DNA of 64,000 bases from Nitrospirota bacterium (GCA_963741205.1 CAVUHW010000014.1:34670-98669); one strand, 5' to 3'. Shown: positions 10,058 through 20,410, counted from the first letter of the stretch. A program made the numbers and translations. Notes: a model not told the origin generated them from the letters alone.

Positions 10058-11053
10058 TCAACTGAATCCAAGCACCGGATGTGGCATATAAGGCTCCTCG
10101 AGAGAGGCAATTTCCTCGGGCTTTAAACGTAGTGCGAGCGCCGCAACGGCGTCCTGGAGATGATGGGGTTTGGTTGCGCCCACAATGGGAGCGGTCACCG
10201 GCTTGCTCAGGAGCCAGGCGAGAGCAAGCTGCGCGCGGGGAATGCCGCGCTGCTCCGCGACCCGGCCCAGTCGGTCCACAACCGTACGGTCGGCTTCTTC
10301 AGTACGCGAGTACAGGCTCTTCCCGAACTGGTCCGTTTCGTAGCGTTTGGTGGGTTCGGCCTGCCACGGACGGGCCAGGCGGCCGCGTGCGAGAGGGCTC
10401 CAGGGAATAACGCCAATACCCTCGGACTGACAGAGAGGAATCATCTCGCGCTCCTCTTCGCGGTAAAGCAGGTTGTAATGATTCTGCATGGAGACAAAAC
10501 GGGGCCAGCCGTGAAGGTCGGCGAGATAGAGGGCCTTCGTGAATTGCCATGCGTGCATGGAGGAGGCGCCGATATAACGCACCTTGCCGGATTTCACCAC
10601 GTCGTGCAGGGCATCGAGGGTTTCTTCGATCGGCGTTTCGTAATCCCAGCGGTGAATCTGGTAGAGGTCGATATAGTCGGTCTGCAGGCGGCGGAGGCTC
10701 TGGTCGAGTTCGTACAAGATGGCTTTGCGCGAGAGGCCCCGGCCGTTGGGTTCGTCGCGCATGACGCCGTGGACCTTGGTGGCGATGACGACGGCTTCGC
10801 GGCGGATGTTGGCTTTCAGAAACCGCCCGAGTACCTCTTCGCTGGCCCCGCCCGAGTAGACATTCGCCGTGTCGAAGAAGTTGATCCCGAGATCAAGCGC
10901 CTGGCGAAAGAAGGGTTCGCTCTCTCTTTCATTCAGGGTCCAGGCATGCCTGCCGGGTTTCAGTTCGCCGCTGGCAGGCTCTCCATAGCTCATGCAGCCG
11001 AGACAAATACGGGAAACTTTGAGCCCGGTCTTGCCAAGATTTACGAAGATCAT
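10058..11053 (-). CDS. Aldo/keto reductase (YajO-like)
   Basis: LGKTGLKVSRICLGCMSYG, GINFFDTANVY, SLRRLQTDYIDLYQIHRWD, SMQNHYNL, PWSPLARG. Confidence 0.95.
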   Translation of the reverse strand: MIFVNLGKTGLKVSRICLGCMSYGEPASGELKPGRHAWTLNERESEPFFRQALDLGINFFDTANVYSGGASEEVLGRFLKANIRREAVVIATKVHGVMRDEPNGRGLSRKAILYELDQSLRRLQTDYIDLYQIHRWDYETPIEETLDALHDVVKSGKVRYIGASSMHAWQFTKALYLADLHGWPRFVSMQNHYNLLYREEEREMIPLCQSEGIGVIPWSPLARGRLARPWQAEPTKRYETDQFGKSLYSRTEEADRTVVDRLGRVAEQRGIPRAQLALAWLLSKPVTAPIVGATKPHHLQDAVAALALRLKPEEIASLEEPYMPHPVLGFS

Positions 11054-11139
11054 TGTTCCTCCCGCGAGGCTTAAGATTCAAGCCAATATGATTTCAAACA
11101 ATCTGGTAATCCGATTTCCACACGCACTTTTAATTATTT

Positions 11140-12512
11140 GGATCAAGTACATTTTGAGTGGGTAAAAATGAGAAGCAAAACTCATAGAACCCGCTCTGGT
11201 TAAGTGTTTTGTTCTTGTCTTTGCTCGGGAAAACGTGCTATGAATCGTGCATGAGAAAGAAGGCACTCAGCGATTCATACCGTTTCCCTGGTTTTACTCC
11301 GCAGCGCACCGTTGTTGGCATCTTCGGTGATTCCTACGCTCGAGTGATACGGCTCACTCGGCGGGGGAAAAAACAGTTTGTGGCGTCTGCAGCACGGTTC
11401 ACCGGACCTTTTACGATCATAAGATCAAGCGGGTCCGTGATCTTTCCTCTGGCGATGCCCGCATCTACCTGGAACTGCCAGTACGACGAGTCCAGTGCCG
11501 GAGGTGCGGCAAGGTGAAACAGGAGAAACTGTCGTTTCTGGCAGACAGCCCGTTCTATACCAAGCGCTTTGCCTTCTATATTGGCAAGCGGTGCAGCACC
11601 TCAACGATCAAGGATGTTGCCAAAGAGTTTCACCTTGACCGAAGGGCCGTCAAAGAACTCGAAATGCAGTACATGCGGGAGAAACTTCGTCGTGCCGGCA
11701 ACCCCGGGCCAAAGGTTATCGGTATTGACGAGATCTCGATCCGCAAGGGCCATACCTACCGGATCGTGGTCAGCGATCTGGAGAGGCGTCGGCCCATCTG
11801 GTTCGGAGGAGAAGACCGCTCGGAAGAAAGCCTAAACCGCTTCTTCGAGTGGCTCGGAGCCGCAAAAAGGCCAGGAAAATACGGCTTGCGGTCATGGACA
11901 TGTGGAAGCCGTTTGAAAAGTCCACACGCCAGAAAGCTCCACAGGCGGCCATCCTCTACGATAAGTTCCATGTCATAAGGCACCTGAACGAAGCCTTGGA
12001 CAAAATTAGAAAGAGCGAATACGCCAGACTGACCGGCAAAAATCGTAAGTTCATCAAGGGTCAGAAATATACGCTTCTCTCCCATCGCGAGAACCTTACT
12101 ACGGATGGGAGAAGATCGTTAAAAACGCTTTTGGCCGCTAACAAGCGGCTTAATACTGCCTACATCCTCAAGGAGGAGTTTGGGCAGCTCTGGGACTATC
12201 AGTCGGAAGCCTGGGCCAGAAAGTTCTTCGACAACTGGAAGGCTTCGTTAAAATGGCAACGTCTCAAGCCCTATGAAAAGTTCGCCAAGATGGTCGAACG
12301 TCATTGGGACGGCATCGCCGCCTTCTGCAAACCCGAGAACAAAGTCGCGCTCGGCTTTGTCGAAGGCCTGAACAACAAGATCAGGGTCATTCAGCGTCGT
12401 GCCTATGGTCTTCGAGATGAAGAATATCTTCGTCTCAAGGTGTTGACCTGTATGCTTCCTGAAATCTGATTAAAAACGGCTCAAAATTACCCACTCAGTT
12501 TGCACTTGATCC
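11140..12512 (+). mobile_element. ISL3-family insertion sequence
   Basis: Terminal IRs ggatcaagtacattttgagtgggtaa and (reverse complement) ggatcaagtgcaaactgagtgggtaa; 8-bp flanks aattattt/aattatat. Confidence 0.92.
11251..12469 (+). CDS. ISL3 transposase (split over three ORFs)
   Basis: Zn-finger CGVC...CRRC; IGIDEISIRKGHTY, AVMDMWKPF, YDKFHV, VEGLNNKIRVIQRRAYG. Confidence 0.92.
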
Positions 12513-12795
12513 AATTATATTAAGCATAACACATTTACATGTCTTGGAATTAAGTTGCAAAGTCAAGGGCAGAGAATACGGTATTTATAAGGGCGTTTTT
12601 TTCCATACTGATTGTACTTTGCGAGTTGGGTAAATAAGAATTCAACCGCTTCAGGATAAGCGCGCTCCAAAGGTACAGAAACAGCATTTGATTTTTCCGA
12701 ATGATTATTTTTGATCCGCGACGCCTACAAGCTTATACCGTGTCGATTAGGCACCGAACAATGCCTGCTACCGTCACATGTCGATGATAATCGGG

Positions 12796-12886
12796 CGCTA
12801 ACAATATTTATTCCATACAAATATATGACTGATGCTTACCGATGTCAACGATGTCGATTGGGTATGTACGGATCGGGTAGTTACAG
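12796..12886. repeat. attC-like imperfect palindrome
   Basis: CGCTAAC-aatattt-attccataca ... tgtacggat-cgggta-GTTACAG; AAC/GTT ends with inner arms differing by one extra base. Confidence 0.4.
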
Positions 12887-12997
12887 TATTCACAGAATGA
12901 GAATGTTTGATACAGGAAGATATATTTGAATATGCCGGAGTGTCGTGAAGAACGTTCTATTTCCATGCTTCCCTTATTCGTTCCGGGGCAACGCAAA

Positions 12998-13990
12998 TCA
13001 GCGCTCAATAGTCACAATTCCGATCTTGTTCAAGCCGCTGCATGCGATGTAAACTTCTCCATCCGAAGTTGCCGCCATGTTGCGGATTACTCCGCCTCCT
13101 GAGGGGACATTCCATGCGGAAAACTCTTTCGTACGCGGGTCGAAATGGACGACCCTGTTCGGCTGAACTTCTGTTTCGCTGTACCAGACCATCCCGTCCG
13201 GAGTTATCGTAATGCCGTACGGCCCGGAACCCCGGCCTCCGGGCGAAGGTCGCTCCTCAACCTTGCCGGTCTTCGGATCCAGCCTTCCGAGATATCCGCG
13301 TCCATAATCCGAATAATAGATCACATCATCGTGGGCAATAGCAAGTCGTCGAGGCTTGGCTCCCTTAGGCAGAGAGTATTCGGTGATCTTCATCGTCGCC
13401 GGGTCGATGCTCCCGATTTTGTTCGTTCCGAATTCACAGAAGAACGGGACTCCTTTTGAGTTCACGGCAATGCCGTAGGGCCTCGAACTACGAGTAGGTG
13501 ATGGCTTCAAGGTGATGATGCCGGTCTTTGGATCGAGTCTTCCGACAAAGTTGCTCACCTGCATGGTAAACCAGAGAATACCTGTTTCGTCGAAGGCCAA
13601 CGAATGCGGGTCCCGGGCCGCTTTGTCGGGCATGAAATATTCCTTCACCTCGCCCGTCTGCGGATTCAGCCTGCCGATGTAGCCCCTGGCGTTCGCGGTG
13701 AACCAGATGTCTCCATTCTTGTCCGCTGCGAGACCGTGGGGACCTGAACCTGGAACCTTCAAATGGTACTCTTTGATTGTTCCTGTCTTTCGGTCCAGCC
13801 TTCCCAGAACGTTGGCAAACATGCCGGTGTACCACAGCGCTCCATCCAGCCCCACGGCGGGGTCATGGGGAAATGAGTTCGGTGTCGGTACATCCCATTC
13901 TTTTATTGACACCCTGCCGATGCCTGCGACGGATATCGAACATAAGGAAGCAACAACAAGTGCTGCTACTATGTATCTGCTTTTTTTCAT
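12998..13990 (-). CDS. Secreted virginiamycin B lyase (Vgb)-like beta-propeller protein
   Basis: Signal peptide followed by repeated PHD/PHG/PYG...DGxxW blades (PHDPAVGLDGALWYT, PHGLAADKNGDIWFT). Confidence 0.85.
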   Translation of the reverse strand: MKKSRYIVAALVVASLCSISVAGIGRVSIKEWDVPTPNSFPHDPAVGLDGALWYTGMFANVLGRLDRKTGTIKEYHLKVPGSGPHGLAADKNGDIWFTANARGYIGRLNPQTGEVKEYFMPDKAARDPHSLAFDETGILWFTMQVSNFVGRLDPKTGIITLKPSPTRSSRPYGIAVNSKGVPFFCEFGTNKIGSIDPATMKITEYSLPKGAKPRRLAIAHDDVIYYSDYGRGYLGRLDPKTGKVEERPSPGGRGSGPYGITITPDGMVWYSETEVQPNRVVHFDPRTKEFSAWNVPSGGGVIRNMAATSDGEVYIACSGLNKIGIVTIER

Positions 13991-14183
13991 ACTAAACCGT
14001 CTTTATAATTTTATTATATACAAACTCCTGGACGTATTATTGGTTGTTGCGAAGAATGGGTTGCAATTAATGGAAACTTCAGCCAGGAATGTTGACTAAG
14101 GGGAATATATAGGCGCTCTCGGGACCAAGTAATGCCCCATTTTCGCCCCCAAGTCTTATTTATGGAACTATAATAGAAATGGC

Positions 14184-14218
14184 AAAAGCCCGTGAATAAC
14201 GCTATTCACGGGCTTTTT
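14184..14218. terminator. Intrinsic terminator downstream of tRNA-Pro
   Basis: aaaagcccgtgaata-acgc-tattcacgggcttttt perfect stem with A/T tails. Confidence 0.8.
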
Positions 14219-14222
14219 ATAA

Positions 14223-14299
14223 TGGTCGGGGCGAGCCGATTTGAACGGCCGACCACTCGCACCCCAAGCGAGTACGCTACCAGGCTGCGCCACGCCCCG
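14223..14299 (-). tRNA. tRNA-Pro(GGG)
   Basis: CGGGGCG acceptor stem, D loop CCTGGTA, anticodon arm CTCGC-TTGGGGT-GCGAG, GTTCAAATC T loop, encoded CCA. Confidence 0.97.
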
Positions 14300-14314
14300 A
14301 TATAGCTGTTGATC

Positions 14315-14647
14315 TTATTTGAGTATTTCCAGAATCTCTCTCAGTTCACTCTTCGCAGACTCAATCACAGACAAGGTGTTGTCCTGCTCATCTTTCCCGT
14401 TCAGTTTCTTTCGGGCCCCGGCAATAGTAAAGCCATCTTTATACAGGAGCTGTTTAACCAGGAGGATATTGTCCAAGTCCTTTTTTGAATAAAGCCGCTG
14501 CCCCGATTTGGCCTTGACCGGCTTAATCTGCGGAAATTCCGTCTCCCAGTAGCGAAGCACGTATTGCTCAAGTCCGGTAAGCCGGCTCACTTCGCCGATC
14601 CGGTAAAACAGTTTACTCGGCTGTTGCTGTTGGGGTTTCGATGACAT
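14315..14647 (-). CDS. MerR-family transcriptional regulator
   Basis: [36 protein letters not shown]; conserved ihfA-merR-tRNA-Pro order. Confidence 0.93.
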   Translation of the reverse strand: MSSKPQQQQPSKLFYRIGEVSRLTGLEQYVLRYWETEFPQIKPVKAKSGQRLYSKKDLDNILLVKQLLYKDGFTIAGARKKLNGKDEQDNTLSVIESAKSELREILEILK

Positions 14648-14909
14648 GCTCTTTAAAAATCATGCTGGGTCTGAAGCTGACGACTTTTCTCGGCGTGATT
14701 TCAATTTCCTGGCCTGTTTTCGGATTGCGGCCTTTCCTTGAATTCTTTTTCCGGACCACAAAGTTTCCGAAACCGGAAAGCTTCACGGTCTCACCGTCTT
14801 TCAAGGTCTGCTTAACCAAATCCAGAATCATCTCGACCATCTCTTCTGCGTCTTGTTTCGGCAAGCCGACCTTGTCAAAAACCTCGGAGATGATGTCCGC
14901 CTTCGTCAT
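14613..14909 (-). CDS. ihfA: Integration host factor subunit alpha
   Basis: [41 protein letters not shown]. Confidence 0.93.
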   Translation of the reverse strand: MTKADIISEVFDKVGLPKQDAEEMVEMILDLVKQTLKDGETVKLSGFGNFVVRKKNSRKGRNPKTGQEIEITPRKVVSFRPSMIFKEHVIETPTATAE

Positions 14910-14932
14910 AGCACCCTCCTCATACGGTGCAT

Positions 14933-14961
14933 AATATAGATTATAAGCGCTTCAAAGTCAA
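14933..14961 (-). promoter_or_regulatory. Sigma70-type promoter of ihfA
   Basis: TTGACT-N17-TATATT on the minus strand just upstream of the ihfA RBS. Confidence 0.6.
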
Positions 14962-15060
14962 GGTAAAATTGCGATAAGCTTCTGAAATTCACTGCTTTCT
15001 TAGGGCTCCTCCCGAGCCCCTCCCGTGGTAATGACCAGGATACTATCCGAGACATAAAAT

Positions 15061-15076
15061 TATGATCTGAATCATA
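15061..15076. promoter_or_regulatory. CRP/FNR-family-like palindrome
   Basis: tATGAT-ctga-ATCATa, resembling TTGAT-N4-ATCAA, upstream of the octaheme cytochrome. Confidence 0.4.
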
Positions 15077-15281
15077 CAGAATGTCAGGGGAACATATTAG
15101 ACTCCCGGCGTGATTTTTTCTGAAAACATATTGATAAGATAAACACTGTAAATTTTTTGTGCTACACTAGAAAGCGATGTCTGCGTTTAGTGATGACTCT
15201 GTATGAGTCATGCACCGGACTGCAACAAAAAGGATGACCAGTAAGAACAGCTGTTATACATTCTACAATAAGGAGGATATT

Positions 15282-16631
15282 ATGGAACGCAGCAAACAGC
15301 TTTGGGCATTACTCGCAGTGCTCGGTATCGGCATCATCTTGTATGCGCCACTGGCAGAGGCCGCGAAGGCAAAGGGGCCGATTTCCAAGGAGGCCAAGCA
15401 ATGCATCGCCTGCCATGAGGCGCAGTCTCCGTCGTTCGTTCAGGAGTGGCGTCTGAGCAAACATGCGGAGAAGGGCGTCGACTGCTTTACCTGTCATAAG
15501 GCTGAGAAGACCGATCCGGACGCGATGCAGCATAACGGGTTTACCATCGCGGTTTTAGTGACTCCCAAGGACTGCTCGCAGTGTCATCCCAAGGAAGTGA
15601 AGGAGATGACCGAAAGCCACCACGCAAAAGCGGCAGACATCCTCAATTCCGCGGACAACTATCTCGGAGAAGTCGTCGGCGGACCCGAGGCCGTGGCCGT
15701 GGGTTGCCGGCAGTGCCACGGGTCGAATGTGAAGGTCCTGGCGAACGGCAAACTCGACACGGACAGCTGGCCCAATACCGGTATCGGCCGCATCAATCCG
15801 GACGGCTCCAAGGGTTCCTGCTCAGCCTGCCATACGCGTCACAGCTTCTCGAAGGCGCAGGCGCGTGAACCCCAGACATGCGGCAAATGCCACCTGGGAC
15901 CCGACCATCCGCAGATGGAGGTCTACCAGGAATCCAAGCACGGAATCCTCTACGAGGCATTCAAGGACCGCATGAACATGCACAAGGACAAGTGGGTCGT
16001 GGGCAAGGACTATACCGCGGCGCCGACCTGCTCAACCTGCCACATCAGCGCCACGCCGAACCAGCCGGTGACGCACGACGTCGGCACGCGCATCAGCTGG
16101 ACGCTCCGGCCGCCGATTTCCAAGAAAATGGAAAATGCGGACAAGCGGCGCGACAGCATGAAGGATGTCTGCGCAAGCTGCCATTCGGAGCCTTTCATAA
16201 CGGGCTTCTACAAGCAGTTCGACAACCTCGTCAACATGTATGACGATAAATTCGCGAAGCCGGCAACGGCGATCAGACAGGAACTGATGGACAAGGGCAA
16301 GATTACCAAAGCGAACTTCGACGACAAACTGGACTGGATTTACTGGGAACTCTGGCACCATGAAGGCCGCCGGGCGCGCCACGGGGCGGCCATGTCCGGC
16401 CCTGATTATGCCTGGTGGCACGGCATTTACGACGTAGCTAAAAACTTCTACACCGAGTTTCTACCCGAAGTGAAGCGGGTTGCGGGACCGGAGCTGTACA
16501 GTGAGATCGAAAAGAAATACCTCGAATCCGATGTGCGGCATGAGTGGTACATCAAGGGAATGACCAAGGAGCAGCTCGATAAGATCCAGAAGTTCTACAA
16601 TGAGCGGTACGGCGGGAGCACGGCAAAGTAG
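15282..16631 (+). CDS. Periplasmic octaheme cytochrome c, hydroxylamine oxidoreductase (HAO)-like
   Basis: Signal peptide; 8 CxxCH motifs (CIACH, CFTCH, CSQCH, CRQCH, CSACH, CGKCH, CSTCH, CASCH); GPDHPQ.E.Y.ESKHG and GPDYAWWHG; AGGAGG RBS. Confidence 0.9.
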   Translation: MERSKQLWALLAVLGIGIILYAPLAEAAKAKGPISKEAKQCIACHEAQSPSFVQEWRLSKHAEKGVDCFTCHKAEKTDPDAMQHNGFTIAVLVTPKDCSQCHPKEVKEMTESHHAKAADILNSADNYLGEVVGGPEAVAVGCRQCHGSNVKVLANGKLDTDSWPNTGIGRINPDGSKGSCSACHTRHSFSKAQAREPQTCGKCHLGPDHPQMEVYQESKHGILYEAFKDRMNMHKDKWVVGKDYTAAPTCSTCHISATPNQPVTHDVGTRISWTLRPPISKKMENADKRRDSMKDVCASCHSEPFITGFYKQFDNLVNMYDDKFAKPATAIRQELMDKGKITKANFDDKLDWIYWELWHHEGRRARHGAAMSGPDYAWWHGIYDVAKNFYTEFLPEVKRVAGPELYSEIEKKYLESDVRHEWYIKGMTKEQLDKIQKFYNERYGGSTAK

Positions 16632-16638
16632 CTCATCG

Positions 16639-16670
16639 AAAGGCGGGGCCGCAATGCCCCGCCTTTTTTT
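16639..16670 (+). terminator. Intrinsic terminator
   Basis: aaaggcggggc-cgcaat-gccccgccttttttt. Confidence 0.85.
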
Positions 16671-16772
16671 GTGCAACGGATGATCCTGAGGGTGCGGAAA
16701 AAACCACGAAACGCCGGGTTCTTTTTAACGAGGAAACACGGGCTTTCCCCGCCCTAAGAAACAATGAATTCC

Positions 16773-16800
16773 TTGACTTTCATCCCCCCTGTGATATTCT
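16773..16800 (+). promoter_or_regulatory. Putative promoter of the nuo operon
   Basis: TTGACT-N16-TATTCT with TG upstream of the -10; ATG follows 6 nt later. Confidence 0.5.
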
Positions 16801-16806
16801 TTTCTC

Positions 16807-17192
16807 ATGACGGAGCAAATGACGAGCGCTGCATCTCTCTGGCCCCTCGGCGTGTATTTCGCCGCGGTCGTTCTCATGGTGGCGGGTCATGATCGCGCTT
16901 TCCTACTATGCTCGGCGAGCGGCACCGGGAAAAGCAGACAGACGAACCCTACGAGTCGGGAATCGTGTCCACGGGCACGGCGCGCGTGCGCTTCGACATC
17001 AAGTTCTATCTCATCGCCATGTTCTTCGTTATCTTCGACCTGGAAGCGGTGTTCATCTTCGCCTGGGCCGTGTCGATCCGCGAGACCGGCTGGACCGGCT
17101 ACTGCGGAAATGCTGATCTTCATCGGCGATCCTGGCGGCCGCGCTGGTATATATATGGAAACTCGGCGCGCTGGAATGGGGGCGTTCGTTAA
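16807..17192 (+). CDS. nuoA: NADH-quinone oxidoreductase subunit A (frameshifted)
   Basis: [36 protein letters not shown]. Confidence 0.92.
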
Positions 17193-17198
17193 AACACA

Positions 17199-17280
17199 GT
17201 TCAGAGTCCAGTGTTCAAAGTTCGGAGTACGAAGCATTTTCATCGCTCCAGGCATTTAACTCTGAACTCTGAACGCTGAT
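17199..17280. repeat. Inverted degenerate heptamer repeats
   Basis: gttcaga/gtccagt/gttcaaa/gttcgga facing aactctg/aactctg/aacgctg. Confidence 0.55.
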
Positions 17281-17299
17281 CTTACTCTACTCACTAACT

Positions 17300-17915
17300 A
17301 TGCACTATTCCCTCACCAAACCCGGATCACGACTCCGTCGAAGACGCCGTCCGCAAAAGCCTGGTCCTCACCCGGCTCCAGGACATGCTTGCCTGGGGCA
17401 GGAAGAATTCCATCTGGCCCTTCAATTTCGGCCTCTCCTGCTGCTACGTCGAAATGGCCACGAGCATCACGAGCAAGTACGACATCGCCCGGTTCGGCGC
17501 CGAGGTGATGCGCGGCACGCCGCGCGAGGCGGACATGATGATCGTCGCCGGGACGGTCTTCATCAAGATGGCGCCGGTCATCAAGCGGCTCTACGAACAG
17601 ATGATGGAGCCCCGCTGGGTCATCTCCATGGGCTCCTGCGCCAACTCCGGCGGCATGTACGACATCTACAGCGTGGTCCAGGGCGTGGACAAGTTCCTGC
17701 CTGTCGACGTCTACGTGCCGGGCTGCCCGCCGCGACCGGACGCCTTCATGGAAGGTCTTCTCATGCTCCGCGAGAAGGTCGGCAAGGAACGGCGGCCGCT
17801 GAGCTGGGTTGCGGGCCCGCAGAGCGTGGTGAGGCCGGAGATGCCGTGCATGCGGGACCTGAAGCGCGAAGAGCGCAGAAAGGCGACGATCCTGCGGCCG
17901 CCTGATGAAGTATAG
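17300..17915 (+). CDS. nuoB: NADH-quinone oxidoreductase subunit B (frameshift near N-terminus)
   Basis: [35 protein letters not shown]. Confidence 0.95.
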
Positions 17916-18085
17916 CTGCGGCATAGTTTCCCGTAAAGGAGACAGACGCGGCGGGGATTTCAGGAATTTTGTCGAATAGATTTAAGCACAGATACGGTCG
18001 CATAATCTCTTTTATTTCGATTTTCCATTTTCTTTGTATTCTGCATCCTCTGCGCCCTCTGCGGTAAAAAAGATTTACATATTCT

Positions 18086-19835
18086 ATGACCCCGAACGAC
18101 TCGATCATCGACGAATTAAAAAAAACCTTCGGCGAGGCAATCCTCGCTGTCCAGCCCACGCGCGACAATATCCCGACGCTCTGGGTTGCTCAGAACAGCA
18201 TCCGCGATGTCCTGCGTCATCTGAAAAACGGCATCGACCGTCCGTTTAAAATGCTCTACGATCTCACGGCCATCGACGAACGTGTGCGGAGCCATCGCCC
18301 GGGCCAGCCGGAAAGCGACTTCACGGTCGTCTACCATCTCCTCTCCTACGACCGGAACGACGATATCCGGATCAAGGTGCCTCTGAAGGGCGACGCCCCG
18401 TCGCTTCCCACCGATCACCGGCATCTGGCAATCGGCCGACTGGTACGAGCGCGAAGTCTGGGACATGTTCGGCATCAGCTTCGACGGCCATCCCCACCTC
18501 AACCGGATCTTGATGCCGCCGACCTGGCAGGGCCATCCGCTGCGCAAGGAGCACCCCGCGCGGGCGACCGAGATGGGTCCCTTCCGCCTGCCCGACGAGA
18601 AGGAGCTTGCCGAACAAACTGCGCTCCAGTTCAGGCCCGAGGACTGGGGCATGACGCGCGAGTCCGAGGACACGGACTTCATGTTCCTGAACCTCGGTCC
18701 GCAGCACCCCGGCACCCACGGCCTTATCCGCTTCATCCTCCAGCTCGACGGCGAAACGATCATGGACGCCGTGCTCGACATCGGCTACCACCACCGCGGC
18801 GCGGAGAAGATGGCCGAGCGGCAGACCTGGCACACCTACATCCCCTACACCGACCGCGTCGACTATCTGGGCGGCGTCATGAACAACCTTGCCTACGTGC
18901 TGGCCGTGGAGAAGCTTGCGGGCATCGAGGTCCCCGACCGGGCGAAGACGATCCGCGTGATGCTGGCGGAGCTCTTCCGCATCGCCAGCCACCTCGTCTG
19001 GTACGGCACCTTTGCCCAGGACGTGGGTGCCATCTCGCCGGTGTTCTACATGTTCACCGACCGCGAGCGCATCTTCGACATCATCGAGGCGGTCTGCGGC
19101 GGACGCATGCATCCCGAATGGTTCCGGATCGGCGGCGTGGCGCAGGACCTGCCCAAGGGCTGGGACGGCCTCGTGAGGGACTTCCTCGAGTACCTGCCGC
19201 CGCGGCTCAAGGAATACGACTCGATCGTGATGCAGAACAGCATCTTCAAGGCGCGGACCAAGGGCGTCGGCGCCTATACGCTCGATGAGGCGATCGACTG
19301 GGGCGTGACCGGACCCGGGCTGCGGGCCTGCGGGTTCGAATGGGACTTCCGCAAGAAGCGGCCCTACTCCGGCTACGAGAACTTCGAGTTCGACATCCCC
19401 ACGGCAGTCCACGGCGACTGCTACGACCGCGGCGTGGTCCGCGTCGAAGAGATGCGCCAGAGCCTGCGCATCATCGAGCAGTGCGTGGACAACATGCCCG
19501 CGGGACCGTACAAGTCCGACCATCCGCTGACGACGCCGCCGCGCAAGGAACGCACGATGCACGACATCGAGACGCTCATCACCCATTTCCTGGGCGTGAG
19601 CTGGGGGCCGGTGATCCCGCCGGGCGAGGCGTTCATGGGCATCGAAGCGACCAAGGGGAACAACGGCTACTACCTGATCAGCGACGGCAGCACCGTATCG
19701 TACCGCACGCGCATCCGCACGCCTTCGTTCCCGCACCTGCAGATGGTGCCGCAGATTAGCCGAGGGCTGATGATCGCCGATCTGCTGGCGATCCTGGGGA
19801 GCATCGATTTCATCCTGGCGGATGTGGACAGATAA
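18086..19835 (+). CDS. nuoC: NADH-quinone oxidoreductase fused subunit C/D (frameshift near 18410)
   Basis: [58 protein letters not shown]. Confidence 0.95.
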
Positions 19836-19870
19836 TAATCCGCAGACAGGGCTGATGACGTGAGAACGCT

Positions 19871-19928
19871 GTCATCCGCGAAAGCGGAGATTCATTTAAC
19901 ATGGATTCCGGGTCAAGCCCGGAATGAC
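19871..19928. repeat. GTCATTCCCG/TGGATTCC-type palindromic repeat (family A)
   Basis: gtcatccgcgaaagcggagattca...tggattccgggtcaagcccggaatgac. Confidence 0.75.
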
Positions 19929-19947
19929 ACCTTCGTCAAAATTTCAC

Positions 19948-20410
19948 ATGCTGTCAGAAAAAGAAATACAGGAAATCAACGCCGAGCTTGCCCACTGCGC
20001 GACGAAGGCTCGGCTTCCGTCGAGGCGCTGAACATCGTCCAGCGCACCGCGGCTGGGTGTCGGACGAGGCGGTGAAGGACGCCGCGGCGCTGCTCGAGAT
20101 GACGCCGACGAGCTGGATACCGTGGCCACGTTCTACAGCTTCATCTTCCGGAGGCCCGTCGGCAGGCACGTGATCCTGATCTGCGACAGCATCTAGCTGC
20201 TGGGTCATGGGATACGACCCCCTGCTGGACGTCCTGAAGACCAGGATCGGCATCGCATTCGGCGAGACGACCGCGGATAAGCGGTTCACCCTGCTGCCGA
20301 TCTCGTGCCTGGGCGCCTGCGACCGCGCCCCGGCCATGATGGTGGACGAGGACTTGTACGGCCCGGTGACGCCGGAGAAGATGGACGAGATACTGGAGAA
20401 ATATAAATGA
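19948..20410 (+). CDS. nuoE: NADH-quinone oxidoreductase subunit E (frameshifted)
   Basis: MLSEKEIQEI, ATFYSFIFRRPVGRHVILICDS, FTLLPISCLGACDRAPAMMV. Confidence 0.9.

Noticed and set aside
2040-14220. Prophage or integrative element with att duplication of the tRNA-Pro 3' end
   Set aside because: No integrase or phage genes, and no second copy of the tRNA 3' end was spotted by eye
15282-16631. Evidence for ammonia oxidation or anammox
   Set aside because: No amo, cycA/cycB or hzs genes nearby, and the protein is a short HAO-like homolog
18372-19736. Long antisense ORFs (also 199..1137, 10160..11074, 21973..23346, 36394..37530, 60833..61765)
   Set aside because: Shadow frames of GC-rich genes with strong codon bias; no recognisable motifs
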